DNA of 64,000 nt, taken from positions 94,726 to 158,725 of the forward strand of contig DAHWUP010000001.1 of assembly GCA_027334565.1 (NCBI GenBank), given 5' to 3'. Position 1 is the first letter of the stretch. Every line of letters begins with the position of its first letter. Positions 10,540 through 20,212 of the stretch are shown one piece after another. Below the pieces are notes generated by a model. The model saw nothing but the letters and a program-made list of their open reading frames with translations, made no database searches and was not told where the DNA came from. The DNA comes from Candidatus Levyibacteriota bacterium. Its GTDB lineage: Bacteria > Patescibacteriota > Microgenomatia > Levybacterales > UBA12049. A program made the translations under genes and the position numbers.

Positions 10540-10827
10540 ATGGCTAAGAAAAGAAAAACCAGGGAACAAAAAAAATTAGCCGACCAAAGACACACGTTCA
10601 CACATTCCCAAACGGCGTTTATCAGCAGTACCACGCTTTCTACAAAACAGACCATTCTGCCAAAATACGAGTCCAAAACAGTTGCATTGACACCAAATTA
10701 TTATCCATACCTTAAAAAAGATCTTTCGAAAACCGCTTTGCTGACACTCGGAATTCTGATATTCCAGGTATTACTATTTATGGTCTTGAAAAACCATATT
10801 TTTGTAATACCCGGCCTGACTTACTGA
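10540..10827 (+). CDS. small hypothetical protein with a C-terminal transmembrane segment
   Basis: ORF only; weak support. Confidence 0.25.
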   Translation: MAKKRKTREQKKLADQRHTFTHSQTAFISSTTLSTKQTILPKYESKTVALTPNYYPYLKKDLSKTALLTLGILIFQVLLFMVLKNHIFVIPGLTY

Positions 10828-10852
10828 ATTTGAAAGGGGGTGAAAAGAAATT

Positions 10853-10996
10853 ATGGCGTCAATGTATTGCGTAAAATGCAGAGCCAAGAGAGACGATCCT
10901 AACGCAGAAAAAGTTACCATGAAAAATGGCAAACCTGCTCTTAAGGGCAAGTGCCCGGTCTGCGGTACAGGAATGTACAAGATTGGAGCTGCATAG
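10853..10996 (+). CDS. 47-aa zinc-ribbon mini-protein (CxxC-N25-CxxC)
   Basis: MASMYCVKCRAKRDDPNAEKVTMKNGKPALKGKCPVCGTGMYKIGAA. A strong SD (AAAGGGGGTGA) lies 8 nt upstream and a terminator follows. It is under the ORF-track size cutoff. Confidence 0.55.
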   Translation: MASMYCVKCRAKRDDPNAEKVTMKNGKPALKGKCPVCGTGMYKIGAA

Positions 10997-11005
10997 TATT
11001 CTTTT

Positions 11006-11052
11006 CTTGAAGATCCTTCGAAGGAGCGAATTAATTCGCATTATCCTTCAAG
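11006..11052 (+). other. nested palindromic element in the 3' UTR: cttgaag...[tccttcgaagga][gcgaattaattcgc]...cttcaag
   Basis: Two perfect palindromes of 12 and 14 bp enclosed by a 7-bp outer inverted repeat; seen directly. Confidence 0.4.
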
Positions 11053-11061
11053 AGATATTAG

Positions 11062-11090
11062 AAAAACCCCGTTTTTTAAGGGGTTTTTCT
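11062..11090. terminator. bidirectional rho-independent terminator (aaaacccc-gttttttaa-ggggttttt)
   Basis: GC stem flanked by an A-run upstream and a T-run downstream, between the convergent zinc-ribbon gene and the GT39 gene. Confidence 0.6.
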
Positions 11091-11265
11091 AATTTTTAGG
11101 AGTTAATTATTCATAGTCAGGGGTCTTTGTAACCGCAATTTTGACAATATGCGTCTCTTGAGCCTGGCATGTCGCTTATCGGATATTCGCAGTTGGGGCA
11201 ATTTTGAAGCCTCAGCCCCTTTCTAATTTTAATTTTAGAGTTTGTTGGGAATTTTGCTCTTTCGT

Positions 11266-12846
11266 TTACTTCCCTTTATAATGAACCAGCTTATAAACTT
11301 CGTCCACCGAAACGTTCCAATTCCCGGCGATATCGGCCCTGCCAAAGCCCGCTATCTCCCACAAAGAGTTTCCCAAAGGATAACACGGCAGACTTTCGCA
11401 GACCACGAACAGCTGGTTAGTTACTGTTCTTCTTTGCGGGTCATCCTGCCTATTTAGAATTGTGACGGGCGAATGGCCCCAAATCGTAAAGAAATAACGA
11501 TAAGCATAATCGGAGTTTCCTCCACTGATAAGGGCAAAATTGAACGGATTTCCTCCGGTTTTATTGTTAACGAAATCGGCAATCGTCCGCATCTGATTCA
11601 ACTGGCGGTTGGGCGGGAATTGAAACGGTTCTCCGTATACATTTAATGCCACGATGACAACAAATAAAACTCCTGACAATAAAAGGCCCGCTTTTAAAAA
11701 TTTAACCCTTCGGATTTGATCCAAAGAGTAAGTAACCAGTAAAAACGGCAAAGGAAACAAAAACGCAAAATAATAATCATAAATATCTTTTTTATAAAAT
11801 CCGAATAAAAGTACCCCTATTGCCAGCCAGACACCCAACAGCAGATATTTTTCGAAATCCTTGTCTCTTGATTTCATGGATTTATATAACCGATAAAAAA
11901 TAAGACCCGACGAACCCACCGCAAAAAGCAATACAAAGATCGCCCAAACCGTAAGCGCCACATGGCCGAAACGGTTTTGAAGATCCGGCGACGGATAATA
12001 AAAAACCAGTCTTCCGAAAATTCTGAAGAACACGTCGTATACAATTGCAAAATAATTCCCGCTTGCTCCTGTTTTGCCGGAAAATAAAACGAAGCTGGTG
12101 ATATTTTTAAAATCCAAAAAACCGTGTCTTATCTCAAAAGCCAAAAACGGCGACCAACCGAGCAGAAATCCGATCAGAAGCGAAAAATAATATTTAAATA
12201 ATTTACCAACCGATGCAAAACTCTTTTGCCTGAAAAAAAATCCGATTGCTAAATACAGTACCATCGCTACACCCAAAAACAACGCCAGATAATGAAGTTG
12301 CATTGCGATCCCGAACAGTACTCCGCAAACAAAAAACAATTTGAGATTTTTATTGACAAGACCCTTATATAAAAGATATAAGATCAACAACGAAAAGAAA
12401 GGAAGAGGATTGGGATTCCAGGAAGACCTTGAATAAGTAATTACCAAGGGTGAAAGCGCATAAAGAAGAGAAGCCATCAAGCCTACTTTTGTGTTAAAAA
12501 TTTCCTTCCCGACGACATAAATAAGCCAAACCGTAGCAATTCCGAAAAGCGCCACCATCACCGCCGGACCGACCGGATTATAATTGAATAACCATAAAAA
12601 CGGTGCCATAAAATAGTAGTAGATGGGTCCCAAAAAGAACCCGCCGACCGAAGAGGTCGGTCCAAGAAGCGTTAAATGTCCGTGCAGGATATTGTAAACT
12701 ACCAGAACGTCTCTTCCCTCATCGCCCAAAAACGTCATATAATCCTGGATCCTGTAAAGTCTTAGGAAAGCGGCCAACAAAATAATCGCACCGACCAATG
12801 CATTATCGATGAAAAAAGATTTAAAATTTGAAATTTTGAATTTCAT
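11266..12846 (-). CDS. GT-C family glycosyltransferase, GT39/ArnT/PMT-like (dolichyl- or polyprenyl-phosphate-mannose protein mannosyltransferase-like)
   Basis: 526 aa with about 12 transmembrane segments; N-terminal loop with a DEG motif; ArnT/PMT_2-like topology. Confidence 0.7.
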   Translation of the reverse strand: MKFKISNFKSFFIDNALVGAIILLAAFLRLYRIQDYMTFLGDEGRDVLVVYNILHGHLTLLGPTSSVGGFFLGPIYYYFMAPFLWLFNYNPVGPAVMVALFGIATVWLIYVVGKEIFNTKVGLMASLLYALSPLVITYSRSSWNPNPLPFFSLLILYLLYKGLVNKNLKLFFVCGVLFGIAMQLHYLALFLGVAMVLYLAIGFFFRQKSFASVGKLFKYYFSLLIGFLLGWSPFLAFEIRHGFLDFKNITSFVLFSGKTGASGNYFAIVYDVFFRIFGRLVFYYPSPDLQNRFGHVALTVWAIFVLLFAVGSSGLIFYRLYKSMKSRDKDFEKYLLLGVWLAIGVLLFGFYKKDIYDYYFAFLFPLPFLLVTYSLDQIRRVKFLKAGLLLSGVLFVVIVALNVYGEPFQFPPNRQLNQMRTIADFVNNKTGGNPFNFALISGGNSDYAYRYFFTIWGHSPVTILNRQDDPQRRTVTNQLFVVCESLPCYPLGNSLWEIAGFGRADIAGNWNVSVDEVYKLVHYKGK

Positions 12847-13973
12847 TTATGGGGTTGCTTACGCCATATTATGAGCCTGTAAACCGTAAAATTGTAAATC
12901 AATAATATCCCGGTACCAAAAATAAAATACCAAAAGTAATACTTCTTTCCGAACAGGTTATCGCCTAAAAATATTATCCCGGTCTGAATCAGAATCACCC
13001 CGACCGCGCTGGTTGCATAAAAATTGAATAATTTCCATAAATACTGCATTAGTCCGTGAATTTTTTCCGTTTTAAAGGTCCAAATGTTATTTAAATTGAA
13101 ATTAGAAAAAATTGCTGCCACCGCACCGGTAAGATTGGAAATGGTCGGATCAATTTTCCAAACTCCCACCATGGCCCTTAATATGACCGCCTGGATGATA
13201 AATCCTGTTCCTCCCACAACCAGGAACTTTCCGAAAGGTCCAAACAATTTTTCTTGCAAACTGGCGGTGATCACGTATTTCAACAGATCGATGATATATG
13301 CCATCGGAGCTATTTTTGAACTTCCAACATGTCTTTCTCCAAAATGAAAAGGAACTTCGGCAATTCTAAAACCGTCCCTCACCGCTTTATTTAAAAATGA
13401 AACCTGAAAAGTGTATCCTTTAAAATCGGTCAATTCCGGCTTCTCTTTAATAAATACTTCCTTTTTCACCGCTCTGTATCCGCCGGTCCAATCGTGAATC
13501 GAAAATTTTAACAATATTGTTCTGACCAACAGATTTCCCAATACGGAAAACATTTTGCGCTTGAACGGCCATTCTTTGGGGATCGATCCTCCTGCCGAGT
13601 ATCTGGTGCCGATAACCATGTCATATCCCTCGTCCATTTTTTTAAGGAACTCGGGAATTTTAGCCGGGTCATGCTGAAGGTCCGCATCCATCTCAAACAT
13701 CACGTCCGCTCCTTTCTCGACCGCATAAGTCATTGCCCGAACATAAGCTGCACCCAATCCTTTCTTTTCACCGGTAGTAAGATCAAGATTCTTCCATTTG
13801 CTCATCAGTTTTTCAATTTCCCGGGCGGTGCCGTCCGGAGAATTGTCATCGGCTATCAAAATTCGCATCTCATGGTTTTTGATTTTGGGAAACACTTCTT
13901 CTTCGAGGATATCGATGAGGTTTTCGATATTCCCTTTTTCGTTAAAGGTTGGAATTATTACAACGACATTCAT
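12843..13973 (-). CDS. GT2 polyprenol-phosphate sugar synthase (DPM1/Ppm-like) fused to a GtrA-like membrane domain
   Basis: IIPTFNEKGNIENLI and DADLQHDP motifs in the N-terminal GT-A domain; C-terminal four-transmembrane GtrA-like tail. Confidence 0.8.
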   Translation of the reverse strand: MNVVVIIPTFNEKGNIENLIDILEEEVFPKIKNHEMRILIADDNSPDGTAREIEKLMSKWKNLDLTTGEKKGLGAAYVRAMTYAVEKGADVMFEMDADLQHDPAKIPEFLKKMDEGYDMVIGTRYSAGGSIPKEWPFKRKMFSVLGNLLVRTILLKFSIHDWTGGYRAVKKEVFIKEKPELTDFKGYTFQVSFLNKAVRDGFRIAEVPFHFGERHVGSSKIAPMAYIIDLLKYVITASLQEKLFGPFGKFLVVGGTGFIIQAVILRAMVGVWKIDPTISNLTGAVAAIFSNFNLNNIWTFKTEKIHGLMQYLWKLFNFYATSAVGVILIQTGIIFLGDNLFGKKYYFWYFIFGTGILLIYNFTVYRLIIWRKQPHK

Positions 13974-13976
13974 ACA

Positions 13977-14927
13977 TTACAGATTCCTAAAATATTCTAC
14001 CGTTTTTTTTATTCCCTCTTCAATATCTATCTTCGGTTCCCATCTTAACAGTTTCTTTGCCTTGTCGATGTCTGCTCGCCTTTTTTGCGGATCATCCTGG
14101 GGTAAGCGTTCGCTTAAAATGATCTCGCTGTTTGAACCTGTAATTTTTTTTACCAGGTTGGCATAGTGCATAATGGTATGCTCGGAGGAAGAACCCAAAT
14201 TAACTATCTCGCCTTTAGCCTGTTCAAACATCAATCTCATTAATCCTTCCACCATATCGTCAACATAACAAAGCGACCTCGTCTGGTTGCCGTCGCCAAA
14301 AATCGTGATCGGTTTCCCTTCCAAAGCTTGAGTAATAAAAATCACTATCATTCGCATATCTTCTTTCATCATCCCCGGACCGTAAGTGTTGAAAATTCTG
14401 GCGATACGTACATCAACCTCCCGCTCTCTGCCATAGTATGCGGTTAAAGTTTCCCCGAACCTTTTTGCCTCATCGTAAACGGATCTCGGACCGGTTGTTG
14501 AAACATTCCCCTTATATTCCTCTTTCTGGGGATGCTCCAAAGGATCACCGTAAACTTCGGAGGTGGAAGAAAACAAAAATCTGGCCTTGTTTTTTTCCGC
14601 GAGTTTCAGTAATTCCAATGTTCCCTGTGTATTAACCAACATCGTCTCAAGCGGTAGGGCATGATAGCTTATCGGGCTGTGATGGTTCGGAGATGCCGGA
14701 GAGGCCAGGTGAAAAATATAATCGATCTTTTCGGATAAATCAAGCGGCTTGATCACATCGTGCTTGATAAATAAAAAATTGGAATTGTTACTATATTTTT
14801 CGATATTTTTACCGTTTGAGGTGATAAAATTATCTATGCATATGACCCTATACCCTTTCGAAAGCAATTTTCCGCAAAGATGGGATCCGATAAAACCTGC
14901 TCCCCCGGTAATTAAAACGGATTGCAT
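13977..14927 (-). CDS. UDP-glucuronate decarboxylase (UDP-xylose synthase)-like short-chain dehydrogenase/reductase (SDR)
   Basis: ITGGAGFIGSHLCGKLLSKGYRVICIDNFITS is typical of the UXS/ArnA C-terminal family. Confidence 0.65.
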   Translation of the reverse strand: MQSVLITGGAGFIGSHLCGKLLSKGYRVICIDNFITSNGKNIEKYSNNSNFLFIKHDVIKPLDLSEKIDYIFHLASPASPNHHSPISYHALPLETMLVNTQGTLELLKLAEKNKARFLFSSTSEVYGDPLEHPQKEEYKGNVSTTGPRSVYDEAKRFGETLTAYYGREREVDVRIARIFNTYGPGMMKEDMRMIVIFITQALEGKPITIFGDGNQTRSLCYVDDMVEGLMRLMFEQAKGEIVNLGSSSEHTIMHYANLVKKITGSNSEIILSERLPQDDPQKRRADIDKAKKLLRWEPKIDIEEGIKKTVEYFRNL

Positions 14928-14942
14928 AATTTATCATTAGAA

Positions 14943-14969
14943 TCAATACTTAAAAACCTCAAGTATTGA
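14943..14969. promoter_or_regulatory. 9-bp perfect inverted repeat tcaatactt-N9-aagtattga in the divergent UXS/gmd gap
   Basis: Seen directly; candidate operator. Confidence 0.3.
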
Positions 14970-15007
14970 TAAATCGACTCACTCATTGTATCATGTATGT
15001 TACGACA

Positions 15008-16012
15008 ATGGCAAAAAAGGCGTTAATAATCGGCGTATCGTCACAGGATGGTTCATACCTCGCGGACCTCTTGCTTGAAAAAAATTATAATGTCATCGGT
15101 ACTTTACGAAGAAGTACCCATCAAACCTACGAGAACATCGATCATCTTTTTGGAAAAATAAACATAGAGTTCGCCGACCTTCTGGATTTTGAAAGCATCG
15201 CCAGACTGGTCCGAAAACACAAACCGGACGAGGTTTATAATTTGGCTGCACAATCCGTACCCGCCGATAGCTGGAATATGCCGTTCTACACGGGAGAGAT
15301 CACCGGACTTGGACCCGTAAGAGTATTGGAGGCGGTCAGACAATTCCACCCGGAAGCCAGGATTTACCAGGCTACGACCAGGGAAATCTTCGGCAACATC
15401 CAAGCCGAATCGGCTAATGAGGAAACCAGGTTTGACGCAAACAATCCTTACGGAATAGCCAAGGCTTATGCGCATATGATGACACGCTGCTACCGCGAGT
15501 CTTACGATATGTTCGCCTGCGGCGGAATTTTATTTAACCATGAAAGCGAAAGACGAGGATTGATGTTCGTCAGCAGAAAAGTTACGGCGGGAGTTGCCTG
15601 TATTAAAAACAAGGTCAAGAAACCCCCTCTTAACGAAGCTGGTGAGCCGCTTATTACTCCCGATGGTAAACTACAAATGGGTGATTTGACCACCAAACGG
15701 GACTGGGGATATGCCAAAGAATACGTTGAAGCAATGTATCTGATGCTTCAACATAAAACTCCGATGGATTACGTTATAGCTACCAATACGATGAATACCA
15801 TCGAAGACCTCTGCCGGATTGCTTTCGATCACGTTGGACTCGATTATAAAGATCATGTGGTTTCGACCAAAAACTTTTTCCGCCCGACGGAAATAAAACC
15901 ACTTAAAGGAGATTATTCCAGGGCAAAAAAAGAACTCGGGTGGGAACCAAAAATCTCATTCGAGGAATTGATAAAGTTAATGGTCGACGCCGACCTTAAA
16001 CGTTTTAAATAA
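15008..16012 (+). CDS. gmd: GDP-mannose 4,6-dehydratase
   Basis: MAKKALIIGVSSQDGSYLADLLLEKNY... is the canonical Gmd N-terminus. The ORF-track start at 14966 is probably too early; an in-frame ATG at 15008 gives the canonical start. Confidence 0.85.
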   Translation: MAKKALIIGVSSQDGSYLADLLLEKNYNVIGTLRRSTHQTYENIDHLFGKINIEFADLLDFESIARLVRKHKPDEVYNLAAQSVPADSWNMPFYTGEITGLGPVRVLEAVRQFHPEARIYQATTREIFGNIQAESANEETRFDANNPYGIAKAYAHMMTRCYRESYDMFACGGILFNHESERRGLMFVSRKVTAGVACIKNKVKKPPLNEAGEPLITPDGKLQMGDLTTKRDWGYAKEYVEAMYLMLQHKTPMDYVIATNTMNTIEDLCRIAFDHVGLDYKDHVVSTKNFFRPTEIKPLKGDYSRAKKELGWEPKISFEELIKLMVDADLKRFK

Positions 16013-16013
16013 A

Positions 16014-16970
16014 TTAAACACGTGCTCTCCAGTAATCGAGGATATCCTTAAGTGTTTTTTCCAGCGGAATTTCCGGTTTCCAGCCGGTTGCTTTATTTAC
16101 TTTGGTTACATCGGCGACGATCTCCGGAATATCGCTTGGTCTCATCTTGGCAGGGTCTGTTTCTATCGAGATCTTTACTTTTGAAAAAGATAACAGTAAA
16201 TCCAGGATTTCTTTTATCTGCACAGATTTGCCCGATCCTGCGTTATAGACCTCTCCCAAAACCCCTTTTTCCAAAAGCAGCGGATATAATTTAACCATGT
16301 CCCGTACGTCGGTAAAATCCCTTTTTGCCAGAAGATTACCGACTTTCATCACGGGCTTTGTAATACCCTTTTCGATTTCGGCAATCAGCTTGGCAAAATC
16401 CGAACTGACAAAACCGGGCTGCTGTCCGGGGCCGATATGATTGAAAGGTCTAACCCGCACAACGGGCAATTTATAAGATAGATTGTACTGAAATCCCAGA
16501 TAATCCTGGGCGATTTTTGAGACAGCATAAGGGTTTGCCGGCCGGTAGGGAGTATCCTCGTCAACCGGCAAGTCATCGGGGTTTACATATCCGTACACCT
16601 CGGCGGATGAAACCAGAAGAGTTTTTGTTTGAGTTAACCCGAGTTTTATCAATGCGTTAAATAAATTTAACTGAGAATCGATGTTGGAGTGGAAAGTCGA
16701 AATCGGATCTTTGATACTCTCGGGTACATTTGCCTGTGCGGCCAGATGAAAAATCCAGTCGGGTTTTGTTGACTTAATCACGGCTTCGACCTGCCCCAAG
16801 GTTTCCAAGTCTGCTTTTAATAATTTTATTTTATCTTTGAACTCGAAACTTTCCCTGGAACTTTCGCTTCGAAACGTTCCTGTTATGTCATTACCGTTTA
16901 TATCCAATAAATGCCTTATCAAATGGGTTCCGACGAAACCGGTAGCTCCTGTAATGAGGATCTTCTTCAT
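16014..16970 (-). CDS. NAD-dependent epimerase/reductase, possibly GDP-6-deoxy-D-mannose reductase (Rmd-like)
   Basis: ILITGATGFVGTHLIRHLL SDR fold; adjacent to gmd. Confidence 0.55.
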   Translation of the reverse strand: MKKILITGATGFVGTHLIRHLLDINGNDITGTFRSESSRESFEFKDKIKLLKADLETLGQVEAVIKSTKPDWIFHLAAQANVPESIKDPISTFHSNIDSQLNLFNALIKLGLTQTKTLLVSSAEVYGYVNPDDLPVDEDTPYRPANPYAVSKIAQDYLGFQYNLSYKLPVVRVRPFNHIGPGQQPGFVSSDFAKLIAEIEKGITKPVMKVGNLLAKRDFTDVRDMVKLYPLLLEKGVLGEVYNAGSGKSVQIKEILDLLLSFSKVKISIETDPAKMRPSDIPEIVADVTKVNKATGWKPEIPLEKTLKDILDYWRARV

Positions 16971-16973
16971 AAG

Positions 16974-18263
16974 TTATCTGCCTATGCCGATGTAATTAAA
17001 ACCTGCTTTTCGCAACTTTTCAGCCGGATAAAGATTTCGTCCGTCTATGACATTCGGGTTTTTCATCCTGCGCTTGATCACCGAAAAATCCAATTCCACA
17101 AACTCATTCCATTCGGTCAATACGATGAGTAAATCCGCGTCGTCGGTTACCGAATAAGCGTCTTTTGCATAAGTTACGTTTTTAAAAATCTGAGAAGCGT
17201 TTTCAACCGCTTTAGGATCATATGCGGTAATTTTCGCGCCATCATTCTGAAGTAAATTTATGATATCGATTGCCGGCGCATCTCTCATGTCGTCCGTGTT
17301 GGCTTTGTAGGCAAGACCCAAAATGCCGATTTTTTTACCGCGTAGATCGCCCAACATTCTTCTTGCTTTTCTGACAATATCCCTTTTTGCTTGCTGATTT
17401 ATATTCTCCACATCCTCAAGAAGCGAAAAGGAATAATCGTTGTCCTTGGCTATTGAAATTAAAGCCTTTACGTCTTTTGGGAAACAGCTACCGCCATAAC
17501 CCGGTCCCGGAGACAAAAACATATTCCCGATCCTTTTATCGGCACCGATTCCCTCAAGGACCTTCAATGCATCCGCACCCAAAAGTTCCGATAGTTTGGC
17601 GATCGAGTTGGCATAAGATATTTTCATGGCCAAAAAAGAATTCGCGGCGTATTTAATCAGTTCGGCCGTATCAAAATTGGTTAAGACCAAGGGCGCATTT
17701 ATAGGACTATGAAATTTCACCAAAAGATCCTGCGCTCTTTTACTTTCGGTCCCTATTACTATTCTATCCGGGTGAACCGTGTCGGAAATCGCACTTCCTT
17801 CGCGTAAAAATTCCGGCACGGAAGCATAATCCACTTCCGTTCCTTTTGGTTTATATTCTTCAAGTATCCTTCTTACCTTTTTGTTGGTACCGGTCGGTAC
17901 GGTACTTTTTGTAGCTACCACCGTATATCCTTTAATATTTTGGGCAATTTGTTCCGCTACCTGAAGGACCGTTGAAAGGTCCGCGTCACCGGTCTTTGTC
18001 GGGGGTGTTCCTACCGCAATGAAGACGATGTCGGATTTTGAAACCGATTCTTTAAAGTCTAAGGTAAAAATCAATCTTTTGGCAGTAACATTTTTCTTAA
18101 CCAGTTCCTCAAGTCCCGGCTCATAAATCGGAATTATTCCTTTTTTCAGTTTTTCGATTTTCTCTTCCGTGTGTCCGACAACGTAAACGGTGTTACCAAA
18201 ATCCGCGAACACCGCGGCAGTAACCAGACCAACATAACCATGTCCGACAAATGTTACCGTCAT
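16974..18263 (-). CDS. ugd: UDP-glucose 6-dehydrogenase family
   Basis: VTFVGHGYVGLVTAAVFADFG Rossmann N-terminus, a catalytic Cys region, and 429 aa length. Confidence 0.8.
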   Translation of the reverse strand: MTVTFVGHGYVGLVTAAVFADFGNTVYVVGHTEEKIEKLKKGIIPIYEPGLEELVKKNVTAKRLIFTLDFKESVSKSDIVFIAVGTPPTKTGDADLSTVLQVAEQIAQNIKGYTVVATKSTVPTGTNKKVRRILEEYKPKGTEVDYASVPEFLREGSAISDTVHPDRIVIGTESKRAQDLLVKFHSPINAPLVLTNFDTAELIKYAANSFLAMKISYANSIAKLSELLGADALKVLEGIGADKRIGNMFLSPGPGYGGSCFPKDVKALISIAKDNDYSFSLLEDVENINQQAKRDIVRKARRMLGDLRGKKIGILGLAYKANTDDMRDAPAIDIINLLQNDGAKITAYDPKAVENASQIFKNVTYAKDAYSVTDDADLLIVLTEWNEFVELDFSVIKRRMKNPNVIDGRNLYPAEKLRKAGFNYIGIGR

Positions 18264-19186
18264 AAATACAATCTACCCATTTGGGCTTTTATCTCTTTTA
18301 GCCCGTTATCAAAACTGGACATTTCGATTCCAAGTCTATTTATTCTATCATTTTTAAGATTAAGACAAAAGGGTCTTGGGGCTTTTCCGGCAAAATACTC
18401 TCGCCTGGTTGTTTTTGAAATTAAGTTCTCGTCAAGTTCGAATGCTCGCGCAATTTTCACCGCTGCTTCATATGGAGTTATGGACTGACTTCCCACAACA
18501 TGAAAAATTCCCGTTTCGTCTCTTTGTATGAGTATATCCAGCGCATTAACAAAATCATCGATAAAAGTCGGTACCATGATATGATCGGTCACCAAATTAA
18601 GTTTTTCCGCCTTCTGCAATTTTTCAATGATAACTCTGACGAAATCGTTTCTCTCAAAATAAGCTCTATATGGATAAGCCGGTCTGACAATCATGAATTT
18701 TAACCCGGAGCTTTCGACCAGCTTTTCTCCTTCATGTTTGGTTTTCGCATACCAGTTAACAGGGTCGGGAATATCGTTCTCGGTATAGTGTTTTTTGGTA
18801 CCATCAAAAACAAAATCCGTTGATATATAAATTAATTTCTTATTATTTTTTTGACAGGCCTCGACAATGTTACGTGTGCCGAAAACGTTGATAGCATAAG
18901 CCGTCTGCTCTCTAATCCAAGCGCTTTCCTTTTCTTTGTCACTATTCAAGCGTAGAATTTCAAGATCTTTTTCTTTATCCGATTCACAACCGTCAACGTT
19001 AGTTTTTGCGGCCATGTGAATAACCAAATCGGCCTTTGAGGAAGAGATCGCGTCTAGAATTTTATTTTTATCCAATATGTTAACTCCGCTTTCAAGATTT
19101 ATGAATTCGAACTGATATGCATTCCCAAGAAGTTCCGTGAACCTCGTTCCGATTAAACCTGTCAAGCCGGTCCCGATGATCCTCAT
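18260..19186 (-). CDS. rmlD: dTDP-4-dehydrorhamnose reductase-like (RmlD-family SDR)
   Basis: SDR fold of RmlD size, positioned in an rml block. Confidence 0.65.
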   Translation of the reverse strand: MRIIGTGLTGLIGTRFTELLGNAYQFEFINLESGVNILDKNKILDAISSSKADLVIHMAAKTNVDGCESDKEKDLEILRLNSDKEKESAWIREQTAYAINVFGTRNIVEACQKNNKKLIYISTDFVFDGTKKHYTENDIPDPVNWYAKTKHEGEKLVESSGLKFMIVRPAYPYRAYFERNDFVRVIIEKLQKAEKLNLVTDHIMVPTFIDDFVNALDILIQRDETGIFHVVGSQSITPYEAAVKIARAFELDENLISKTTRREYFAGKAPRPFCLNLKNDRINRLGIEMSSFDNGLKEIKAQMGRLYL

Positions 19187-19192
19187 AATTTG

Positions 19193-20206
19193 TTATTTTA
19201 TTCCGTATTGTGTTTGATAGTAATTCTTATATTCTCCGTTTTTAACACTTTTCCACCAGTCTTGATGTTGTTTATACCAGTCTACGGTTTTTGCCAACAA
19301 CTGGTCAAAATCTCCTTGCGGTTCCCATCCCAATTCATTTTTAATTTTTGTCCAGTCAACCGCATAACGACGGTCGTGACCCGGTCTGTCTTTTACATAC
19401 TCGATTGCGCCTTCGGTTTTCCCCAACAACCCGACTATTTTTTTAATCACCTCGATATTATTGATCTCTTTGGTTAAACCTCCTATACAGTAGGTTTCAC
19501 CGATTTTCCCGTTTTGCAATATAAGATCTATCGCCCTGCAATGGTCTTCAACATACAACCAATCCCTAACATATAGTCCGTCTCCATATACGGGAACCTT
19601 TTTATCCTCAAGCAAGTTCGTAATTGCCAACGGAATAAATTTTTCAGGGAATTGATAGGGACCAAAATTATTAGAGCAATTGGAGATCGTAATCGGCAGG
19701 CCGTATGTAAAATGATACGCTCTTACCAAATGATCCGATGCGGCTTTGCTGGCAGAGTAAGGACTCCTGGGGTTGTAGTTTGTTCGCTCATTAAATTTAT
19801 TCTTTTCTCCCAGCTCAAGCTTTCCGAACACCTCATCCGTAGATATATGATGAAATCTTTTGATCTTATTTTTTAATGCGGACCGTAGTAGAATATTTGT
19901 CCCCAAAACGTTGGTCCTGATAAATTCCGAGGGCTCGAGAATCGAACGATCTACGTGACTTTCTGCTGCAAAATGAACTATCACATCAACTCCCGCCATT
20001 GTAGAATCGACTATTGAGGAATCACAAATGTCCCCCTGCACGAACCGGTAATTTGGATTTTCCTCAACATCCTTAAGGTTTTCAAGATTACCGGCATAGG
20101 TCAATTTATCCAAATTAATAACCAGATCTTTAGGATGGTTCTTTAACCAATATATAATAAAATTGGAGCCGATGAATCCGGCTCCACCGGTGACCAAAAG
20201 TTTCAT
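19193..20206 (-). CDS. rmlB: dTDP-glucose 4,6-dehydratase
   Basis: MKLLVTGGAGFIGSNF..., a YxxxK motif, and 337 aa length. Confidence 0.85.
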   Translation of the reverse strand: MKLLVTGGAGFIGSNFIIYWLKNHPKDLVINLDKLTYAGNLENLKDVEENPNYRFVQGDICDSSIVDSTMAGVDVIVHFAAESHVDRSILEPSEFIRTNVLGTNILLRSALKNKIKRFHHISTDEVFGKLELGEKNKFNERTNYNPRSPYSASKAASDHLVRAYHFTYGLPITISNCSNNFGPYQFPEKFIPLAITNLLEDKKVPVYGDGLYVRDWLYVEDHCRAIDLILQNGKIGETYCIGGLTKEINNIEVIKKIVGLLGKTEGAIEYVKDRPGHDRRYAVDWTKIKNELGWEPQGDFDQLLAKTVDWYKQHQDWWKSVKNGEYKNYYQTQYGIK

Positions 20207-20212
20207 AAATTA

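Noticed and set aside
11100-11240. Possible structured RNA or tRNA (ggggtc...agcccc ends), or a CRISPR-like direct repeat gcaattttga present twice
   Set aside because: The span is about 110 nt, which is too long for a tRNA, and without a cloverleaf. There are only two short repeats with unequal context, so it is not a CRISPR array. It is better explained by the cryptic zinc-ribbon frame.
14966-15007. ORF-track start of gmd at 14966 (MINRLTHCIMYVTT...)
   Set aside because: This extension is not seen in Gmd proteins and overlaps the intergenic inverted repeat; the ATG at 15008 gives the canonical MAKKALIIG start.
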